From IMG/VR virus record IMGVR_UViG_3300048009_000062, positions 1-53,238 of that record: 53,238 nt of DNA; one strand, given 5' to 3'. The stretch's first letter is position 1. Every line of letters begins with the position of its first letter. Below the pieces are notes generated by a model that was not told the origin of the DNA, searched no databases, and worked only from the letters and a program-made list of their open reading frames with translations. The DNA comes from a virus (lineage: Duplodnaviria; Caudoviricetes). Both the position numbers and the translations under genes were made by a program. Shown piece after piece: positions 1 to 8,169 of the stretch.

Positions 1-723
1 GCAGCTACAAGTGAAGCCAACGCAGCCAACTCTGAGTCCAATGCGGCTACCTCTGCTACCCTAGCTCAAGATTGGGCTATTAAGACTAGCGGCACAGTCG
101 ATGGCACAAATTACTCAGCTAAATATTGGGCCACTCAAGCAGACGTAGGAACCGTTGCAACCAACATAGCAAATATTAATACAACGGCGGCAGCAATTGC
201 TAACGTCAATCTCACTGGGGGATCAATTGCAGCGGTCAACACAGTAGCCACTAATATAACAAATGTTCAAGATTTCTTCGATACTTACTTTGTTGGAGCC
301 AACCAACCTTCAGGCTCAAATGTTACCGAAGGGGATCTCTGGTTCGACACAACGGCACAAATCCTAAAAGTCAGATCAACAAGTGGATTTCAGAGTGCAG
401 GTTCTTCAGTAAACGGTACGGCTGAACGCAAGGAGTATACTGTTGGAACTAGCTCAGGCAGCTACACTAGTGGCTCACTGACTACGTTCCCTGCAACATA
501 TGACCCAACTTTTTGTGATGTCTACCTAAACGGAATAAAATTAGCACCTTCAGATTTCACCGCAACAGATGGAGCCAATGTGGTCTTGGCCTCTGCAGCG
601 GCTACAGGGGATTCAATTTCGATTGTATCATTTGGAACCTTTTCACTGGCAGACCACTACAACAAAACTCAAGTCGATGCTTTCATCGATGACGTAGAAA
701 CTCTAGCATTGGCAGGAATTTAA
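1..723 (+). CDS. Tail fibre/proximal tail protein, 3' part (partial; variant of 50655..52721)
   Basis: Open frame from base 1 (AATSEANAANSESNAATSATLAQDWAIK...DDVETLALAGI, TAA 721-723), collinear with the C-terminal third of the 688-aa ORF. Confidence 0.85.
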   Translation, partial: AATSEANAANSESNAATSATLAQDWAIKTSGTVDGTNYSAKYWATQADVGTVATNIANINTTAAAIANVNLTGGSIAAVNTVATNITNVQDFFDTYFVGANQPSGSNVTEGDLWFDTTAQILKVRSTSGFQSAGSSVNGTAERKEYTVGTSSGSYTSGSLTTFPATYDPTFCDVYLNGIKLAPSDFTATDGANVVLASAAATGDSISIVSFGTFSLADHYNKTQVDAFIDDVETLALAGI

Positions 724-1257
724 AAAATGGCAATTAATACAACTACAGTTGAATCAAATTTAACTACTAAACTAAACGCTACAACTGGCACAACGGATGC
801 CAAAGAGTTCTTGCTTTTAGGCAAGGCGGTTGAAGCATTAACCCCAACAGTAACAGTCTCCAGTGTGCAGACTGAGGGTACTACTCAAGTAGGATTAGTA
901 ACAGCCGAAGGCACTACTCAGGTAGGATTAGTAACTACAGAAGGTAATACCCAAGTTGCGGCAGTACAAGCGGCAGGGTCTGGGTATGCTCAGTTATCTG
1001 GTGCTACATTTACTGGTGACGTAGACTTTGGTTCTAACAAAATAACCTACGCAAACGTCTACTCACAACTGGCAGACCTTCCATCAGCGTCCACCTATCA
1101 TGGCATGTTTGCTCATGTTCATGCGACAGGCAAAGGCTACTACGCACATGGCGGCAACTGGATACCTTTAGTCAATGAGGACACTTCTGGAAACGTCACC
1201 ATTGGTGGAAACCTTACAGTCTCAGGTACTACAACTACGGTAAACAGTACAACTCTA
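1..1257 (+). repeat. Left copy of imperfect terminal repeat (pairs with 51990..53238)
   Basis: Blocks of near-identity alternate with diverged blocks; first 50 nt and last ~84 nt are identical to the right copy. Confidence 0.9.
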
Positions 1258-1848
1258 GACGTTGCTGATCTTAACATCACAGTAGCTAACGGAGCCGCTG
1301 ACGCAGCCGCTGCAAATGGCGCAGGGCTAACGGTAGACGGAGCTTCAGCCACATTTAACTATGCCAATACTGGCGATAAGTGGACTATGAATAAACCGTT
1401 AGATGTTACTGGTGCAGTTACGGCTACTGGGGCAGATATTAACGGCCCACTTAACATAGAAGAAGTTAAAGAAAAAGTCATCGTAGATACCAGTACTACA
1501 GGCAGTATTTTTGGTAATCTTAGTTTAGGGGCAGTTCGTTATTATACGGCTAACCAAACCGCTAACAGAACTATTTCTTTTAGAGGTGACCAAGGAAGTG
1601 GGATTTCTCTAGATAGTATTATGGCTGTTGGAGATAGCATGACTTCTGCATTTTTATTTACGCAAGGTTCTACGGCATATTATATAAGTTCTGTTTATAT
1701 AGATGGTAGCGCCCCTGCCGTATTAAAATGGGTTGGTGGCGCACCTACTGGTGGTAATGCAAACTCTATAGATGCCTACACTTTTACAGTAATTAAAACT
1801 GCCGCTTCGACATTTACAGTTATAGCAAACCTAACAGCTTATACATAA
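727..1848 (+). CDS. Tail fibre protein, cassette 1
   Basis: Thr/Gly/Ala-rich, GNLTVSGTTTTVN fibre repeats, 11-aa repeats at 871-969, C-terminal KW.GG.PT...ID.YTF domain; paralog of 3056..3958. Confidence 0.8.
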   Translation: MAINTTTVESNLTTKLNATTGTTDAKEFLLLGKAVEALTPTVTVSSVQTEGTTQVGLVTAEGTTQVGLVTTEGNTQVAAVQAAGSGYAQLSGATFTGDVDFGSNKITYANVYSQLADLPSASTYHGMFAHVHATGKGYYAHGGNWIPLVNEDTSGNVTIGGNLTVSGTTTTVNSTTLDVADLNITVANGAADAAAANGAGLTVDGASATFNYANTGDKWTMNKPLDVTGAVTATGADINGPLNIEEVKEKVIVDTSTTGSIFGNLSLGAVRYYTANQTANRTISFRGDQGSGISLDSIMAVGDSMTSAFLFTQGSTAYYISSVYIDGSAPAVLKWVGGAPTGGNANSIDAYTFTVIKTAASTFTVIANLTAYT

Positions 1849-1863
1849 TAGAGGGAAATCAGA

Positions 1864-2856
1864 ATGATATTTCCAAAGAAACCTGAAATATTATACGCTC
1901 CAATGTTGGCTACCTTTGGTGGTGGGTCTGCAAATGGGTTTAGGGCTAGTGGTGGGATAACTTATGATCCAACCCCTGCTTATACAAGCCAAGGAGCAGC
2001 CAATTATTTTTCGAACTATGGTGATCCTTGGGTAACCACTTCGAATAATATTGGTCTGACTTCTAGTCAGTCATCCGCAAATGATGCTCATAACTATTAC
2101 ACACAAGATGCCTATGGTGGTAATTGGTACATTGGAGCAAACTGGACGTACCAAGGTTCTACTGCTTGGAGTAATTTAGGTGTAAATAGGTTTGGTGACA
2201 GAAATAAAACTACATTAGACCCTTCTAACAAAGGCCACAATCTCCTTGCCCATACTGCGTTATATGGCGATGATATTTACTGCCGTTGGGTTCGAGTGGG
2301 ATCAGCCTCTGGAGTAAATTCTGCAACAAGTGGAACAGCGGCAGGTATCTTTGACAGCACAGTAATGAACGAAAAAGGTTCTATATTTTATGATGGAGAT
2401 AGCTTTTCCAACACAGCAGGGGCAGGTTATCAGTCTTGGTATTCAGATAATAAATCTGGGCAACAATTTCCAGACGTAATTGATGCAATTTATAATAATT
2501 ACACCACTTCTAACAACTCTACTATGTCTAACTTACAAAGTATGTCAGGCCAAGGCGATGAAAATGGGGGTGCAGTATTTTGGACTCCCTACGGAGGAGC
2601 TAGTGAAGTCTTAATCGATTTTGCTAATGACCACAGTAATACTCGATGTTCATTTACAGTATGGAATAATGCTACTGGTAGCATAGTACATACCTACAAC
2701 TTTGGTAAGTTTGGTGGCGGAGTTGATAGGGGGTCTGGTGCTATTAATGATTCTTCATCCTATACCTATGTCGCCACCCACAACCCAGATTATGTTTACA
2801 TAATTGTTGATCATGGTGGGACAGTTTGCGGCACCCACTACTTTTTATATCGTTAG
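1864..2856 (+). CDS. Putative fibre-tip adhesin/receptor-binding protein 1
   Basis: N-terminus MIFPKKPEILYAPMLATFGGGS shared with 3974..4846; aromatic/Gly/Asn-rich variable body; follows a fibre gene. Confidence 0.6.
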   Translation: MIFPKKPEILYAPMLATFGGGSANGFRASGGITYDPTPAYTSQGAANYFSNYGDPWVTTSNNIGLTSSQSSANDAHNYYTQDAYGGNWYIGANWTYQGSTAWSNLGVNRFGDRNKTTLDPSNKGHNLLAHTALYGDDIYCRWVRVGSASGVNSATSGTAAGIFDSTVMNEKGSIFYDGDSFSNTAGAGYQSWYSDNKSGQQFPDVIDAIYNNYTTSNNSTMSNLQSMSGQGDENGGAVFWTPYGGASEVLIDFANDHSNTRCSFTVWNNATGSIVHTYNFGKFGGGVDRGSGAINDSSSYTYVATHNPDYVYIIVDHGGTVCGTHYFLYR

Positions 2857-2866
2857 GAAAACACTC

Positions 2867-3052
2867 ATGTCTAAAGCAAGACTACTGGCTGATCTTATGA
2901 GAGACAGCAAAATCTCCCTCGCAGAGGTTCAAGGTTCAGCCTCTGCTTCGGACTTCAACGTAAACGAACCAAACTACAACACTTCCGATATTAGCCTCAA
3001 TTTGAAGGTCGAGGCTCTTGAAGATGAAAATTTACTCAATTTAGGGGTCTAG
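2867..3052 (+). CDS. Small tail connector protein (MSKARLLAD...)
   Basis: AGGA upstream of ATG 2867; MSKAR.LAD start typical of marine phage tail proteins; C-terminus resembles that of the 688-aa tail protein. Confidence 0.65.
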   Translation: MSKARLLADLMRDSKISLAEVQGSASASDFNVNEPNYNTSDISLNLKVEALEDENLLNLGV

Positions 3053-3055
3053 AAA

Positions 3056-3958
3056 ATGCCAACAACAAATACAAATTTTACTTCGCTCATAACAGCGATT
3101 GATACCAAGGCGCAGTCATTAGCTGCATCTACAACTGATCCTAAAGACCTTGTGTTTTTAGGCAAAGCGGTTGAGGCACTTAACGTATCTGATACAGTTT
3201 CTTCTGTTATTGCAGAGGGTGATACTCAGGTAGCTGCAGTAAATGCTGCAGGGGCTACACAAGTTGCTGCAGTTGCGGCACAAGGTTCTGGTTACGCATC
3301 ATTAGCCAATCCTACTTTCACAGGTACGATGAATGCTGATAACTTAACTATGTCTGGGAATCTAACGGTCAACGGAACTACCACAACTATTAATACGGCT
3401 ACCTTAGATGTAGAAGATAAAAACATTACCGTAGCCAAAGGCGCAGCCGATAGCGCAGCGGCTAATGGTGGTGGTCTGACAGTGGATGGTGCAGGAGCTA
3501 CCTTCAGCTACGCCAGTACTGGTGACAAGTGGACTACAAATAAAGGTCTAGATGTAGGTGGTACGCTACAGATCGATGAAGTTATTGAAACGGCTGCTAT
3601 TAGTGCAACCACTTCTGGCACTCTAACAATGGATATGGTTCAACAAGCAGTTTTGTTTTGTAACGTAAACCAGACTGCTAATAGAGCAATGAACTTTCAA
3701 GGTGATAGTTCAGTTAATGTAGATGATATGTTGGCTGTAGGGCAAAGTATGAGTGCAGCCGTATTGATGGCGCAAGGCTCATCCGCATACTACTTAAACT
3801 CCTACTCAATAGACGGCAATTCAGTCACTCCAAAGTGGCAGGGCGGTAGCGCACCAACGGCAGGGAATGCTTCTGGAATAGATGTTTATACCTTCACCAT
3901 AATCAAAACAGCTTCAGCAACATTCACAGTTTTGGCAACAGTAGCGGCATTCGCTTAA
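3056..3958 (+). CDS. Tail fibre protein, cassette 2
   Basis: Paralog of 727..1848 (LGKAVEAL, GNLTVNGTTTTIN, AANGGGLTVDGA, IDVYTFTIIKT). Confidence 0.8.
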   Translation: MPTTNTNFTSLITAIDTKAQSLAASTTDPKDLVFLGKAVEALNVSDTVSSVIAEGDTQVAAVNAAGATQVAAVAAQGSGYASLANPTFTGTMNADNLTMSGNLTVNGTTTTINTATLDVEDKNITVAKGAADSAAANGGGLTVDGAGATFSYASTGDKWTTNKGLDVGGTLQIDEVIETAAISATTSGTLTMDMVQQAVLFCNVNQTANRAMNFQGDSSVNVDDMLAVGQSMSAAVLMAQGSSAYYLNSYSIDGNSVTPKWQGGSAPTAGNASGIDVYTFTIIKTASATFTVLATVAAFA

Positions 3959-3973
3959 TAGGAGATACTCACA

Positions 3974-4846
3974 ATGATTTTTCCTAAAAAACCACAACTC
4001 TTATATGCACCCATGTTGGGTACTCTTGGCGGTGGCTCTATGCGGAGCTTTGGTCGAGGTACTGGTAGTAAGCCTTTAAAATTTACAGAAGGTGAACTGG
4101 ATTTGGCTAGATTTGCCGCTGAAATCACTCCTAGTACAACTTCTCTTTTTAACACTAACTTTACGTCTGGCGGTATGTTTGTAGATCAGGCAGGAAATCA
4201 TATATTCTTATTCGATGGGAGTACTGTAAGAAGATATAATTTCGGTCAACAACATGTTTTAAGCACCCTTGGTACATCACCTTCGACATCATGGAGTAGC
4301 TCTCAAGCAAATAGAGCAATGGAAATGGATGCCTCTGGTACAAAGTCTTTTCACTTTAATGAGACTAGTCAAGATTTATATACATATTCACATAGCGGCT
4401 ATAATGGAAATAGTTGGAATGGAGCAGGGTCTACATACTTTAACGCTACATCTAATGAGGCATATCCCCATACTATTAGATTTGATTCAACTGGAACAAA
4501 ATTTATTGTACACTGGTACTCTGGAACTAACAATTTACACTATTATACAACTACTTCTTCTTACGACATTGGTGCGGCTAACCGCCAAAGTGTCGGTGGT
4601 GGCGTTAATGCAGGTACTAGAGACATAGCCGTTTCAGATGATGGGACTGTTATAATGTGGATGCAACCAGGGGTCCCTACTTTATACGCTGCTTATATGT
4701 CAACTCCTTGGGATGTTAGCACTATGTATGGTACTCAAACAGTAAGTTACTTTATCACTGGATTTAATGTACATGGCTTAATAATTAGAGGTGACCATTT
4801 GTATATCGCAGGTGAAAATAAGGTACATCAATATACGGTTGGTTAG
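3974..4846 (+). CDS. Putative fibre-tip adhesin 2 (beta-propeller-like)
   Basis: Shared MIFPKKP..LYAPML.T.GGGS leader; repeated D.SGTK/DDGT and STPWDVST blade-like motifs; RBS AGGAG. Confidence 0.6.
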   Translation: MIFPKKPQLLYAPMLGTLGGGSMRSFGRGTGSKPLKFTEGELDLARFAAEITPSTTSLFNTNFTSGGMFVDQAGNHIFLFDGSTVRRYNFGQQHVLSTLGTSPSTSWSSSQANRAMEMDASGTKSFHFNETSQDLYTYSHSGYNGNSWNGAGSTYFNATSNEAYPHTIRFDSTGTKFIVHWYSGTNNLHYYTTTSSYDIGAANRQSVGGGVNAGTRDIAVSDDGTVIMWMQPGVPTLYAAYMSTPWDVSTMYGTQTVSYFITGFNVHGLIIRGDHLYIAGENKVHQYTVG

Positions 4847-4859
4847 TAGCTATAAACCC

Positions 4860-4888
4860 TTGTAACCTCTGCTTTAAAGTGGTATAAT
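4860..4888 (+). promoter_or_regulatory. sigma70-type promoter
   Basis: TTGTAA-17-TATAAT with TG extension, upstream of 4922. Confidence 0.65.
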
Positions 4889-4921
4889 TTACGACATATA
4901 ATCTAGGAAAATTTACGATAG

Positions 4922-5377
4922 ATGACAGCAGAAACCGCTGAGTTTAGATCTGGTATTATTAGTCCACAAGAAGTTTTAAAACTTTGGCCTACGTTAGAGC
5001 CTCAAATACAAAAGTCCTTAGATCATGGTGAAGGTGAGTACTCAACTTTTGATATATTTAGAAAAGCCCTTGATAACCTTATGCAGATATGGGTGACTGT
5101 TGGTGCAGATAATGAATTAAACTGTGTGACTGTAACTCAAGTATCAGTGTATCCAGAGTATAAATCTCTACAGATACTTTGCTTAACAGTAATAAATCAG
5201 ACAGTAAACGATATGAAAGATCAGTTTCACTGTCTTGAAGATTTTGCCAAACAAAATGGTTGTAGTTCGCTAAGAGTTTGGGGAAGAAAAGGATGGGAGC
5301 GTAAGTTACGTTCCTTAAAGAGCAAACAAGGTAACGAATTTAAAACCCGTTACTACGTCTATTCTCAGGAGATTTAA
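4922..5377 (+). CDS. GNAT-like virion assembly protein
   Basis: 151 aa with A...GC..L...GRKGW.R.L motif common in podovirus virion modules; precedes internal virion genes. Confidence 0.5.
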   Translation: MTAETAEFRSGIISPQEVLKLWPTLEPQIQKSLDHGEGEYSTFDIFRKALDNLMQIWVTVGADNELNCVTVTQVSVYPEYKSLQILCLTVINQTVNDMKDQFHCLEDFAKQNGCSSLRVWGRKGWERKLRSLKSKQGNEFKTRYYVYSQEI

Positions 5378-5378
5378 A

Positions 5379-7004
5379 ATGAGTTTATATAACCCAATGA
5401 TGAAGTGGATGAACCCCCGTGACAGTGGGTTGATATGTTTTAAAGGTGATGGAGCTTCGGCTGCAGAAGTTGAAACCATTGTAGATGATAAGCTAGGTAC
5501 ACCCTCAGAGGGATTGGTTACATCTAATACTGAAAGTACAATGAATTTACCCACCACAGTGGTTGATCCTGTTACAGGTGAAGTTACCACAGGTACGAAT
5601 CCAGTTACGTTTGGAGGTAATGAAAATGTTGCAGTAACCGAAACTGTTAAGGGGGATACTGAAGCTCTTCTAGGTGGGCAGGATAAAATAGGCTCTCAAA
5701 TTGACGCAGGATTTTCAAACTTTCAGCCTGTTAATGTTACTAACACCACCATTGATACTTCAAACTTGGCGAAATCGGCTGCAATGGACGCAGGGTTTGC
5801 TAGATCTATTTCTAACCAAGATAAGATCTTAGCCGATACTGGTCAAATAGGCGGCATAGCCACTGATGTAGGAAACATTCAAACAGGAGTAGGAGACATT
5901 AAAACTACTCTTGGAGGCCCTGATAGGGGTCTGGTAGGAGATGTTGCAACTATAGGAACTAATGTTGGGCAGCTTGGTACTGATGTAGGATTACTTAGTG
6001 ATGATATTGGTGTTACTGCAGATAGCGGAAGTATAACAAGTCAATTAGCAGGTCTTGGAACTGATGTTACAAACATAGGTAGAAACGAATTAGATACTAC
6101 AGGCGTTTCTGATAGATTTACAGATGTAGATACTGCAGTTAGTAATGCTGATGTAGCAGCAAGAGAAGCTTTTGAACGTCTTATGGGGGCAGACCCAAGT
6201 CAAGTACAAGGATTTTTAGGGGAATTGCAAAGACAAGTTCTACTAGGTCAGACTAATGCACAGACTGCTATTGATACAATTAAAAGAGTACAGGCAGAAA
6301 ACCAAGTAACTAACAGTGGGTTGTTAAATAATATTTCTACTTCAGTAGGAGGAAGCCTAGCTGCAGACTTCGGTGACTTCACAGGGCAGTATGCTACAGA
6401 CACAAACTTAGCTACTAATGCTAGGTCAGAACTTCAAAAACAGATTACTGGCGGTGTAGATACTCTTCAAAGAGGACAAGGGCAGCAAATGTCTCAGTCT
6501 GCGGCCCAAGCAGAGGCTGCAGCTAATCAGGCGCAGTCTGTAGAACAAAAAAATTCTTTAGCCTACGGTCAGATTATGCGTGACCTCAGTGATGTAAATA
6601 AACAGGTTGGGGCAGATCAGGCAACAGATGTATTGGCTAGATTAGGCACAATACGACAAATACTACAATCTCAAGGTAACAATATAGAAGAAAATACTCG
6701 TAGAGAATATCAAGATTTAGCCAATGCGTTTGATCAGACAGGAAAGTTAATTACTCAGTCTGTAGAGCAAAATGGTAATGTTACCCGAAGAGGTATGGAT
6801 GATCAAAACAATCTCCTTATTGCCTCTTTTGATAGTAGTGGTAAACTTCTATCACAAACTACTAGAGATATAGGGCAACTACTATCTCAGATGGATCGAC
6901 TTGGCTACCAACGTCAAGGAGGGCAATTTGGTGACCTTTCCGCAAATGGATTAGGATTGATGGACGGAAGACAAAATCAAAGTCCTATAATTCGACAAAA
7001 CTGA
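5379..7004 (+). CDS. Internal virion/ejection protein
   Basis: N-terminal ...ICFKG motif reminiscent of P22 gp7-type leaders; Gly/Gln-rich heptad repeats; position. Confidence 0.55.
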   Translation: MSLYNPMMKWMNPRDSGLICFKGDGASAAEVETIVDDKLGTPSEGLVTSNTESTMNLPTTVVDPVTGEVTTGTNPVTFGGNENVAVTETVKGDTEALLGGQDKIGSQIDAGFSNFQPVNVTNTTIDTSNLAKSAAMDAGFARSISNQDKILADTGQIGGIATDVGNIQTGVGDIKTTLGGPDRGLVGDVATIGTNVGQLGTDVGLLSDDIGVTADSGSITSQLAGLGTDVTNIGRNELDTTGVSDRFTDVDTAVSNADVAAREAFERLMGADPSQVQGFLGELQRQVLLGQTNAQTAIDTIKRVQAENQVTNSGLLNNISTSVGGSLAADFGDFTGQYATDTNLATNARSELQKQITGGVDTLQRGQGQQMSQSAAQAEAAANQAQSVEQKNSLAYGQIMRDLSDVNKQVGADQATDVLARLGTIRQILQSQGNNIEENTRREYQDLANAFDQTGKLITQSVEQNGNVTRRGMDDQNNLLIASFDSSGKLLSQTTRDIGQLLSQMDRLGYQRQGGQFGDLSANGLGLMDGRQNQSPIIRQN

Positions 7005-7017
7005 ATGGAAAGTAATT

Positions 7018-7749
7018 ATGCACCCAGATAAAATTTCTCAAACAGGCACTAACTTAGTAAAGAAGTTTGAAGGCCTACATAAAGTACATAAGGATGGTCT
7101 AGTACACAGTTATAGATGTCCTGCAGGAAAGTACACGATAGGATTTGGCGCGACCAAGGGAGTTCGCTCTGGTCATACTATGACAAAGGAAGAAGCAGAG
7201 ACACGCCTTATACATGATCTTAACGAACATGGTAAAATAGTTAAGAAGTATGTCCACGTTCCTCTAACTCAAAACCAGTATGACAGTCTTACCTCGTTCG
7301 TATTCAACTTAGGCGGTGGGGCCTTCCGTAGCTCAACTTTGCTGAAGAAATTGAACAAAGGTTTGTACGACGAAGTACCAGAACAGCTTATGCGTTGGAA
7401 CAAGGCACGAATAGATGGAAAACTTACTCCACTACGAGGGCTAACTAGACGTAGGGCTGCAGAGTCTGCCTTATTTGCAATGGATGCCAAGATGCCTTCA
7501 GATGAAGGTGGTCCTGAGATGCCACAAAAACCTACTGCAGAAGCCCCTAAGTCACTGTTAAAAAGTAAAACAATGGCAGGAGCAGGAATTGCAGGGGCTG
7601 CTACAGGGCTAAACGAAGTGGCAGGTCAACTTCAGGGGCTAGTAGCTTACGCAGACAGCCTAAAGACTATATTCTTATTATGTGCAATTGGTGGTATAGC
7701 TCTAGCGGCATATGCACGATGGAAAGATAACAAAGAAGGCGTACACTAG
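7018..7749 (+). CDS. Endolysin (GH24 lysozyme) with C-terminal membrane segments
   Basis: FEG...YRCPAGKYTIGFG catalytic region, SFVFNLG, GLTRRRAAE; hydrophobic C-terminal ~55 aa. Confidence 0.9.
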   Translation: MHPDKISQTGTNLVKKFEGLHKVHKDGLVHSYRCPAGKYTIGFGATKGVRSGHTMTKEEAETRLIHDLNEHGKIVKKYVHVPLTQNQYDSLTSFVFNLGGGAFRSSTLLKKLNKGLYDEVPEQLMRWNKARIDGKLTPLRGLTRRRAAESALFAMDAKMPSDEGGPEMPQKPTAEAPKSLLKSKTMAGAGIAGAATGLNEVAGQLQGLVAYADSLKTIFLLCAIGGIALAAYARWKDNKEGVH

Positions 7750-7988
7750 TGTTTATTTTCAGTAAGATAAAAACTTACATTATTGGAGCTTTAGCAATGG
7801 CTATTCCTATCATTTATTTGATGGGGAAAGTCGTTGGAGCCAACAAAGAAAAGAACAAAGTACTTAAAGACGATCTTCAGGCTTCAAAGAAAAAGACAAA
7901 TTTTTATAAGAAAATGGCAGAGCATGAAAAAGATAGTATTACTGATCGCCCTAGTCTCATTAAGCGGCTGCGCGGAAACGGTTTATAG
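7749..7988 (+). CDS. Putative i-spanin (Rz-like)
   Basis: N-terminal TM helix plus coiled coil, directly after endolysin, overlapped by a lipoprotein gene. Confidence 0.6.
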   Translation: MFIFSKIKTYIIGALAMAIPIIYLMGKVVGANKEKNKVLKDDLQASKKKTNFYKKMAEHEKDSITDRPSLIKRLRGNGL

Positions 7989-8169
7989 AACAGACTTAGA
8001 GATTTATTGTCCACCTATAGAGAATTACTCTGAAGATTTTAGTGAGACATTAGCTGTAGAGCTAGATGTTTTAGATGAAGCATACGAGGCAATTCCTGAA
8101 GTGGTGACAGATTACATACTACTGCGTGATCGTATTCGCCAGTGTAATGCTGAGAAGGAAGAACTATAA
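7924..8169 (+). CDS. Putative o-spanin (Rz1-like lipoprotein)
   Basis: Start at ATG 7924 gives MKKIVLLIALVSLSGC (lipobox LSGC), CPP motif; overlaps the 3' end of the i-spanin. Confidence 0.7.
   Translation: MKKIVLLIALVSLSGCAETVYRTDLEIYCPPIENYSEDFSETLAVELDVLDEAYEAIPEVVTDYILLRDRIRQCNAEKEEL

Noticed and set aside
1-1257. Diversity-generating retroelement template/variable repeat pair
   Set aside because: No reverse transcriptase; differences are not adenine-specific and include whole replaced blocks and indels
1584-4797. GAGGTGACCA matches to the 17.3-kb sRNA loop at ~1584 and ~4788
   Set aside because: Both lie within coding sequence, away from start codons; likely chance
727-4846. Invertible shufflon for tail tips
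   Set aside because: All cassettes are on the same strand; no invertase or inverted crossover sites seen
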